Assembly: GCA_016204535.1 (NCBI GenBank)
Contig: JACQKL010000007.1
Coordinates: 1-36,011 of the forward strand
Direction: 5' to 3'
Length of the DNA: 36,011 nucleotides
From: Candidatus Levyibacteriota bacterium
GTDB lineage: Bacteria > Patescibacteriota > Microgenomatia > Levybacterales > UBA12049
Positions 27,627 to 36,011 of this stretch are shown here, one piece after another (the stretch's first letter is position 1; each line of letters starts with the position of its first letter). The notes below the pieces were generated by a model. That model had not been told where the DNA came from. It was given only the letters and a program-made list of their open reading frames with translations, and searched no databases. Made by a program: the position numbers and the translations under genes.

Positions 27627-29127
27627 TAATGACAAAATCATTCAAGCTCTTGAAAAAAAGCTGATGACATTTGGTGAAGATGTCAAAACTCAAAATGTAG
27701 GAAGTGTTATAAAAAATACCGATGGTGTTGTTATCGTTTCAGGGCTGTCTAAAGCCAGAATGGGAGAAAAAGTAGTTTTTAAAAACGGACAGACGGGGAC
27801 AGTATTGAACCTAGATGAAGATATGGCCTCAATCATACTTCTTGGAGAAGGAAGCGATATAAGGGAAGGGGAAAGTTTGGTAACTACAGGACAGATGCTG
27901 GGAATTGACGTATCGGAAGAATTATTGGGAAGGGTGATTAATCCCCTAGGCGAGCCCTTGGACGGAAAACCTAAAATAAAAAAAGGTAAGGCTATGTCTC
28001 TTGAGAAGATAGCAGCAGGAGTAGTTGACCGTGAGCCGGTTAATACACCTCTTAAAACTGGTATTAAGGCGATTGATTCTATGATCCCGATCGGCCGTGG
28101 GCAAAGAGAGCTTATAATCGGAGATAGGCAAACTGGAAAAACAGCCATTGCCATTGACACAATAATTAACCAGAAGTTGAACAAAAAACCAGTTATTTGC
28201 ATATATGTGGCAATCGGGCAAAAAAGAAGCACGATCGCTCAGGTCGTAGACAGATTAAACATGGAAGGCGCCCTCTCATACACAGTAATAGTCTCAGCGA
28301 GCGCAGCGGATCCAGCAGCATTACAATATTTTGCCCCTTATGCGGGGTGTGCTATAGCAGAATATTTCTTAGAGAAAGGAAAAGATGTTTTAGTGGTATA
28401 CGATGACTTAACCAAACACGCCTGGGCATATAGACAAATTTCGCTTGTTTTGAGAAGACCAGCGGGAAGAGAAGCTTATCCAGGAGATGTTTTTTACCTT
28501 CATAGCAGACTTTTAGAAAGATCTGTTAAATTAAATAAGGAGAATGGTGGAGGATCAATCACCGCTCTTCCCCTTATAGAAACACAAGCTAATGATATAT
28601 CGGCGTACATCCCGACAAATGTAATTTCCATTACAGACGGACAAATATATTTACAAGCCGATCTGTTTAACGCTGGAATAAGACCGGCTATAAACATCGG
28701 ACAATCGGTTTCAAGAGTTGGGGGAGCAGCTCAAACTCCGGCAATTAAATCGGTATCTGGAAGACTGCGTCTTGAACTTGCGCAATATAATTCACTTGCC
28801 GCATTTGCTCAATTTGGAAGCGAACTTGATCCATCTACACAGAAACAGCTCGATCGTGGCAATAGATTAACGGAAATCCTTAAGCAACCCCAATTCTCTC
28901 CCCTTCCAGAAGAATTAGAAATAATAAGCATTTATTCCGTTATAAGCGAACTAATGGACGATATCCCAATTGACTCCTTCTTAAGATTTGAAAAAGAATT
29001 GCATAATTTCGTTAAAAGATATCATCCAAACATTTTAAAAGCACTTGTTCAAGGCGAAAAACCAACCGAAGCAACTTTAAATCAAATTAAAAAAGCAGTG
29101 GAAGAATTTAAAAAAAGATTCGAGTAA
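27619..29127 (+). CDS. atpA: ATP synthase F1 subunit alpha
   Basis: GDRQTGKT, GREAYPGDVFYLHSRLLER. Confidence 0.98.
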   Translation: MIDNDKIIQALEKKLMTFGEDVKTQNVGSVIKNTDGVVIVSGLSKARMGEKVVFKNGQTGTVLNLDEDMASIILLGEGSDIREGESLVTTGQMLGIDVSEELLGRVINPLGEPLDGKPKIKKGKAMSLEKIAAGVVDREPVNTPLKTGIKAIDSMIPIGRGQRELIIGDRQTGKTAIAIDTIINQKLNKKPVICIYVAIGQKRSTIAQVVDRLNMEGALSYTVIVSASAADPAALQYFAPYAGCAIAEYFLEKGKDVLVVYDDLTKHAWAYRQISLVLRRPAGREAYPGDVFYLHSRLLERSVKLNKENGGGSITALPLIETQANDISAYIPTNVISITDGQIYLQADLFNAGIRPAINIGQSVSRVGGAAQTPAIKSVSGRLRLELAQYNSLAAFAQFGSELDPSTQKQLDRGNRLTEILKQPQFSPLPEELEIISIYSVISELMDDIPIDSFLRFEKELHNFVKRYHPNILKALVQGEKPTEATLNQIKKAVEEFKKRFE

Positions 29128-29142
29128 AACAAACTATAAAGT

Positions 29143-31400
<2,258 letters not shown>

Positions 31401-31402
31401 CA

Positions 31403-31813
31403 ATGAATCTTCTTTTAGAGATAATTACACCGGAAAAAGTAATCTACAAAGATGAGGTTGATGAGATAGTTACGCCAACCGTGAATGGAGAAATCGCAAT
31501 TCTTCCCAATCACATTAATCTCTTAACCCAAATTACACCGGGCGAATTAATTGTCAAAAAAGGCTCTTCTACAGAGTCATTGGCTATTACAGGCGGTTTT
31601 TTAGAAGTTAGCAATAACAAAATTAGTATTCTTGCGGAATATGCGATAAAAGCAGAAGATATTCAAGTTGCACATGCTGAAGAGGCCAAAAAACGCGCCG
31701 AAAAAATTATGAGCGAAAAAACAAGCGAAAATGATTTCAAGATTGCAGAAGGAGAATTGTTGAAATCGCTTTTACAACTCAAAATCGCCAGCAAGCGCAG
31801 AAGAAGAATCTAG
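31403..31813 (+). CDS. atpC: ATP synthase F1 subunit epsilon
   Basis: LEIITPE, GEIAILPNH, GGFLEV. Confidence 0.95.
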   Translation: MNLLLEIITPEKVIYKDEVDEIVTPTVNGEIAILPNHINLLTQITPGELIVKKGSSTESLAITGGFLEVSNNKISILAEYAIKAEDIQVAHAEEAKKRAEKIMSEKTSENDFKIAEGELLKSLLQLKIASKRRRRI

Positions 31814-31816
31814 CCT

Positions 31817-31932
31817 TTACGTATTTCTAGTTCCAACTAGTTCGCCTATACTCTTTATTCCTTCTTTTCGCATAAAATCAACTAATCCTCTATTAATTTT
31901 CCTAGCAACCCATGTTCTTGTTCTATGTCTTG
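31817..31932 (-). pseudogene. C-terminal remnant of dihydroorotate dehydrogenase (pyrD-like)
   Basis: Manual translation ...WVARKINRGLVDFMRKEGIKSIGELVGTRNT* resembles class 1 DHOD C-terminus; no start. Confidence 0.6.
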
Positions 31933-31989
31933 AAAATGATCGTGGATATCTACCGGTGCCGGATGAAGTCTAATTAGTTCCTTACTCAT
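31933..31989 (-). pseudogene. N-terminal remnant of dihydroorotase (pyrC-like)
   Basis: MSKELIRLHPAPVDIHDHF (P..DxHxH amidohydrolase motif), ATGA-coupled to pyrE stop; frame ends at 31882. Confidence 0.6.
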
Positions 31990-32744
31990 CTCTTACCGGA
32001 GGCAAGGTATGCTTTCGATTCATCATATTTTACTTTATTAATTTTGTCTTTTCTACGATAATTATCTAATAATTGTGTAACGGTAAACGCAGCGCGAAGT
32101 TTATGACCTCTTCTTTCTAACTCTTCCTTTCCTCCTTGCTCTCTATCTATTACTACTAATATATCTACAACTTTAAATCCCGCTCTTTCAGCTGCGTCAA
32201 TTGCTTCAACCTTTGTACCCGCCTCTGTTATAACATCGTCTCCTATTCGAAGCTTTTTACCTTCACCTCTTACTCCCGGTTTAATCACTATTCTTCTTTT
32301 TCCATCTGGTGTTTGTTCTTTGACAAAAATATCAACTAGAGGCACTCCTGAAGCATCAGCGTATGCTGTTATAAGGGGTGTTCCGGCATCAGGAATTCCA
32401 GCACAACAATCAGGCGTCACATCAGTTGGAATTTCTGATAACACTACTCCTATTTGCCTATTTAATTCCGGAGGTAAACTACGTAAATTAATATAATAAG
32501 GAGATAACGGCGCTTCAGGATGATTTTCATGGAGCTTTAAAGCGAACTCGCCCTCTTGAGCAAAATCAAATGGGCTTGTTGGTCTCGTTACATCTTCAAA
32601 CCCAAATTTTCCATTTAGTAAAGTTTTTCTTCTTTTGACCTTAGCAGATATTTTAGTTTCAATCAAGATATCAGCTAGTGTTTCTTGAGCTGGCGTTAAT
32701 CCTTCGGGATGGAATGATGTTTCTTTACCTGCTTCAGTTGTCAT
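31986..32744 (-). CDS. pyrE: Orotate phosphoribosyltransferase-like protein
   Basis: LSPYYINLR, PRPP motif IGDDVITEAGTK, VIDREQGG. Confidence 0.85.
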   Translation of the reverse strand: MTTEAGKETSFHPEGLTPAQETLADILIETKISAKVKRRKTLLNGKFGFEDVTRPTSPFDFAQEGEFALKLHENHPEAPLSPYYINLRSLPPELNRQIGVVLSEIPTDVTPDCCAGIPDAGTPLITAYADASGVPLVDIFVKEQTPDGKRRIVIKPGVRGEGKKLRIGDDVITEAGTKVEAIDAAERAGFKVVDILVVIDREQGGKEELERRGHKLRAAFTVTQLLDNYRRKDKINKVKYDESKAYLASGKR

Positions 32745-32747
32745 AGG

Positions 32748-33557
32748 TTATTTTCCTTTAAGTATCTGAGCTGTCAATTGCAGTGCTACGGCTTTCATAT
32801 CCTGCGCTTTATATATAGCATCTCCTACTATTGCATGCCAATTGTCTCCCGCTACTTGTCCAGTTTCAGCGATGTCTCCACCTTGTTTTATGAAGCCAGG
32901 CGCGTAAAGTGTAAAATTCCCTAGTCCTAAAACTCTTTCCAATAGTTGACGATAAGCATTAACAAACTCTACTTTATTTCCTGGTACAACGAAATCTCTC
33001 ACGCCATTTTCTGCAGCTATTGTATATATCCTGGTAGGCGCTAAATTTGCAATGAACCCACCCTCGCTTTCTAAAAACTTCTTATGGGTCATGTGTCCAC
33101 CAACAAGCACAGTTAATCCTTCTCCTTGGCAGGCCTTAATCCATTCTTCTTCCGTTACTGGACTTGAAAATGGAAAAAGAATTGCCGCTTTTACTCCTGA
33201 TTTCCTTATGCCTCTTGCAAATTCTGGCCCCATCTCGGGTTTGTCGTTACCAGCCTTTTGATGATCGTAAATTATCGGCAGGTTGGTATGTGCCGTAACT
33301 CGTTTTGCTACTTCGATAAGTCCGTATGGGTTAGCAAGAGATAATCCTACTTTATATGCTCCAATGCCTGGAACACCACAGGTCTCCTTCACTATTTTTT
33401 CTAAGGAATCTAGGTCGGATACATCACAAGCCGGAATTACACTACGAGACAAGTCAATTAAACGTTTTCTTTCTTGCAGTTTCCCCTCTTCATTTGGTTT
33501 TGGTGGTCCTTCGTGACTTTGCATATTATAAAAATTGCCTTTGGGCGAGTATTGCAA
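32748..33557 (-). CDS. pyrF: Orotidine-5'-phosphate decarboxylase family protein (start uncertain, possibly 33524)
   Basis: IPACD, YKVG, IIYDHQKAGND.P, APGFIKQGG, IVGDAIY; upstream of pyrE. Confidence 0.8.
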   Translation of the reverse strand: MQYSPKGNFYNMQSHEGPPKPNEEGKLQERKRLIDLSRSVIPACDVSDLDSLEKIVKETCGVPGIGAYKVGLSLANPYGLIEVAKRVTAHTNLPIIYDHQKAGNDKPEMGPEFARGIRKSGVKAAILFPFSSPVTEEEWIKACQGEGLTVLVGGHMTHKKFLESEGGFIANLAPTRIYTIAAENGVRDFVVPGNKVEFVNAYRQLLERVLGLGNFTLYAPGFIKQGGDIAETGQVAGDNWHAIVGDAIYKAQDMKAVALQLTAQILKGK

Positions 33558-33661
33558 TCAATCTGTAATTAATTTAATCTTTTGTCAAGATACCAAAGGT
33601 TATCAAAATAACAAGGAGAAATTGCTCTTTGGAAGTAAATTTAATACAATAGATAGGATTT

Positions 33662-33734
33662 GCCGAAGTAACTCAGTTGGTAGAGTAGCTCTTTCGTAAA
33701 GAGCAAGTCGAGGGTCCGAATCCCTCCTTCGGCT
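33662..33734 (+). tRNA. tRNA-Thr(CGT)
   Basis: GCCGAAG/CTTCGGC acceptor, GCTCT-TT-CGT-AA-AGAGC anticodon arm; promoter TTGCTC-17-TACAAT upstream. Confidence 0.92.
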
Positions 33735-33758
33735 CAAAAACAAAATCTTGAATTCATT

Positions 33759-34466
33759 ATGAATCGATCAAGGCTTACCAGAAAATTTGAGCAAAGAACA
33801 AAGAAAAATCTTTTTTTTAGTTTACTCGGAATCGTCGTTGTAATTTTTCTTGTTTTCAAATTTGGCATTCCTCTCTTGGTAAATTTTAGCCTGTTTTTAA
33901 CCAATTTTAAGGGAAACCAAGCGGAATCTCAAAATAATAAACCGCTCTTTATCGCTCCGCCCATACTTGACTCATTTCCTCAGGCAACCAGCAGTGCAGA
34001 TATAGTAATTTCCGGAATAGCATCAAAAAATCAAATTATAAATTTATACATAAACGGAGACATGGTTAACACAACCAAAACCAAAGACGACGGAACTTTT
34101 TCTTTCAAAGAAACTATTCCAACCGGCGAAAACACAATAAAAGCTAAAGCAGTCGTTCAAGATAAAGAAAGCGATTTTTCCAATTCAATTGTAACGGCTT
34201 TCAAAACGGCTCCTCCTTCTCTTAATATTACCTCGCCGGTAAACGATACAACATACGGAAAAGATCAAAACTTTGCAGATATTAAAGGAGCTACCGATGC
34301 AGATGTAAAAGTGACCGTTAATGGTTTTTGGGCAATTACAGATAGTAATGGTAACTTCTCCTATAGACTTCCGCTTCAGAATGGTGAAAATAAAATTAGA
34401 ATTACAGCAACAGATACTGCAGGCAATAAAACCGAGAAAGAAATAAAACTCAATTATTCTCAATAA
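33759..34466 (+). CDS. Membrane-anchored protein with two Ig-like domains
   Basis: TM helix; DGTFSF..GENTIKAKA and LQNGENKIRITATDTAGN. Confidence 0.8.
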   Translation: MNRSRLTRKFEQRTKKNLFFSLLGIVVVIFLVFKFGIPLLVNFSLFLTNFKGNQAESQNNKPLFIAPPILDSFPQATSSADIVISGIASKNQIINLYINGDMVNTTKTKDDGTFSFKETIPTGENTIKAKAVVQDKESDFSNSIVTAFKTAPPSLNITSPVNDTTYGKDQNFADIKGATDADVKVTVNGFWAITDSNGNFSYRLPLQNGENKIRITATDTAGNKTEKEIKLNYSQ

Positions 34467-35673
34467 GTCCAAGCAAAATCCATATCCAAATCACTATAAA
34501 AGAATAAAAAAGACTGTTGATAAAAAATGAGTCAACAATAATTCCTCCAACGGAAGAAAGAACAACTATTGAAATATATTTTTGAAAACTATTTGCTTTT
34601 TGTTTTTTGAAATTTGCGTAAGCTTTTTTTAAAATATTCCAAATTAAATTAAGATAAATAATTAACCCAACAATACCCATGGTTGCAAAAACAAAAAGAA
34701 AGCTGTTGTCTGTTCCTGCGTCCGCATGACTGGTACTTGAACTTGAAGCACTCCTAAATCCGTATTTTATTTGCGCATATCTATAAGTATTAAATCCAAC
34801 ACCAAAAAACATATTTTTCTTAATGATCTGTATAGCTGTTTTTGCCGATTCGATACGAGCCTCTGCTGAAGCAATCCGGAATAAGTTAATATTCTCAATA
34901 TTGAAACTCCTTGAAGAGATTAAAACAAAAACTGCCAAAACTAATAAAACCGCTAAAAACAAATATATTTTTTTTGATAAGATAGAAAAAATTGCAATAC
35001 TGGTTAAAAACATAATTAAACCGCTTCTTGAGTAAGTCAAAAAGATAGAAACAATGCTTAAGGCAAAAATTGGCATTATTAACCAAATATTTTTGCTATT
35101 TTTTTCTCTGAAATATAAAAGGATACCCAATAAAAAAATTGAATATAGGACAAAAAATGCACCGGCAAAGTTTGGATCAAGAAAAGTTGAAAAAAGCCTA
35201 TACATATGCTCATCCCAGCCTAAATAATAAAGATTTCGAAGATTTGAGTAAAAAAAGTATTGCACAAATCCTAAGGCAACAAATATCGTTCCCAGAGCCA
35301 GAAGCAAATACATTATTTTTTCTTTAAATTTTGAAGAAAAGCTTTTTACGACAAAAAATAATGTTACGTATAATATCCATCTTAGGAAATAAGAAAATGC
35401 AACTAACATTTCATAGAAAGAAAAATTTTTAAAATTTATAACAAGCGAGATAAAAGCTATAGCAATAAACAAGATGATGGGAATAAATAATTTGTCATTG
35501 AGGATAATTTTTTTCCAAGATTTAAAGACCTTTGATATCCAAATTAAAACCAAAACAATGGAAGCGATATCAACCGGTTTTATGAAGAAATTATTTCCCA
35601 AGCTTAATCTTATTAATTCTCCAAAACTAAAAGTGCCTAAAAATATTACAAAAAACCACTGAATCATGTCCAT
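34450..35673 (-). CDS. O-antigen ligase family (Wzy_C) membrane protein (start 35673 or 35667)
   Basis: RLFSTFLDPNFAG, LTYSRSG, FGVGFNTY, DNSFLFV..MGIVG. Confidence 0.88.
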   Translation of the reverse strand: MDMIQWFFVIFLGTFSFGELIRLSLGNNFFIKPVDIASIVLVLIWISKVFKSWKKIILNDKLFIPIILFIAIAFISLVINFKNFSFYEMLVAFSYFLRWILYVTLFFVVKSFSSKFKEKIMYLLLALGTIFVALGFVQYFFYSNLRNLYYLGWDEHMYRLFSTFLDPNFAGAFFVLYSIFLLGILLYFREKNSKNIWLIMPIFALSIVSIFLTYSRSGLIMFLTSIAIFSILSKKIYLFLAVLLVLAVFVLISSRSFNIENINLFRIASAEARIESAKTAIQIIKKNMFFGVGFNTYRYAQIKYGFRSASSSSTSHADAGTDNSFLFVFATMGIVGLIIYLNLIWNILKKAYANFKKQKANSFQKYISIVVLSSVGGIIVDSFFINSLFYSFIVIWIWILLGLIENN

Positions 35674-36011
35674 TTTTCTTCTTTTTTCAACCATAATTTT
35701 CCCCGAATTAAGAATGAATGAAATGACATAATTAAAGCAAAAACCAAACCTGCTGTTCCATCCATAAACCCTCTTTTCAAAATATAGTTTACTAAAAATT
35801 TTCCCAAAGGATAAAGAAAAATAGACCAAAAATATACTTTGATATGATTGGATACAAGCTCGCTCGCTCTAATATCGGTATAAAAATTAATCTCTTCTAA
35901 AAAATTCTCTATAGTCTGATGGGGAAAATGCAGCAAATGATTATTTAAGATCCCTAAATGACCTTCCACGACCCATCGTTCATGCGCCTTGCCCTTCCAT
36001 AAACCGGAATC
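35664..36011 (-). CDS. Glycosyltransferase family 2, C-terminal part (truncated by window edge)
   Basis: Open to window edge: WKGKAHE, LLHFP, INFYT, YILKRGFMDG..G. Confidence 0.8.
   Translation of the reverse strand, partial: DSGLWKGKAHERWVVEGHLGILNNHLLHFPHQTIENFLEEINFYTDIRASELVSNHIKVYFWSIFLYPLGKFLVNYILKRGFMDGTAGLVFALIMSFHSFLIRGKLWLKKEEKWT

Overview
AT-rich bacterial chromosomal window. Gene content and style (compact housekeeping genes, short ATP synthase delta, many apparently leaderless genes) suggest a Patescibacteria/CPR, probably Microgenomates-like, genome; this is an inference. The backbone carries gpmA (partial), rsmI, a YqaA/DedA protein, lexA/uvrB, yraN, rplS, pyrG, tRNA-Gly, a LysM protein, tRNA-Asp, polX, lemA-htpX, murT-gatD, gatCAB, dnaE, atpBEFHAGDC, pyrF-pyrE plus a pyrC'/'pyrD deletion scar, tRNA-Thr, an Ig-like protein, an O-antigen ligase and a partial GT2. 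The main novelty is a ~6.2 kb large-serine-recombinase element (6768-13010) inserted at a 4-bp GAGC core in the CCA end of tRNA-Gly. It carries an internal ~200-bp INVERTED copy of its own reconstituted attP junction just upstream of the recombinase. Further short complementary segments would clamp the two ends of that duplex together. The recombinase ORF runs through the att site, so its C-terminus changes on excision, and there is a GC-rich, highly structured non-coding region. Together these suggest a self-folding single-stranded (DNA or RNA-splinted) recombination intermediate. Palindromic and periodic repeats also sit in-frame inside housekeeping genes.
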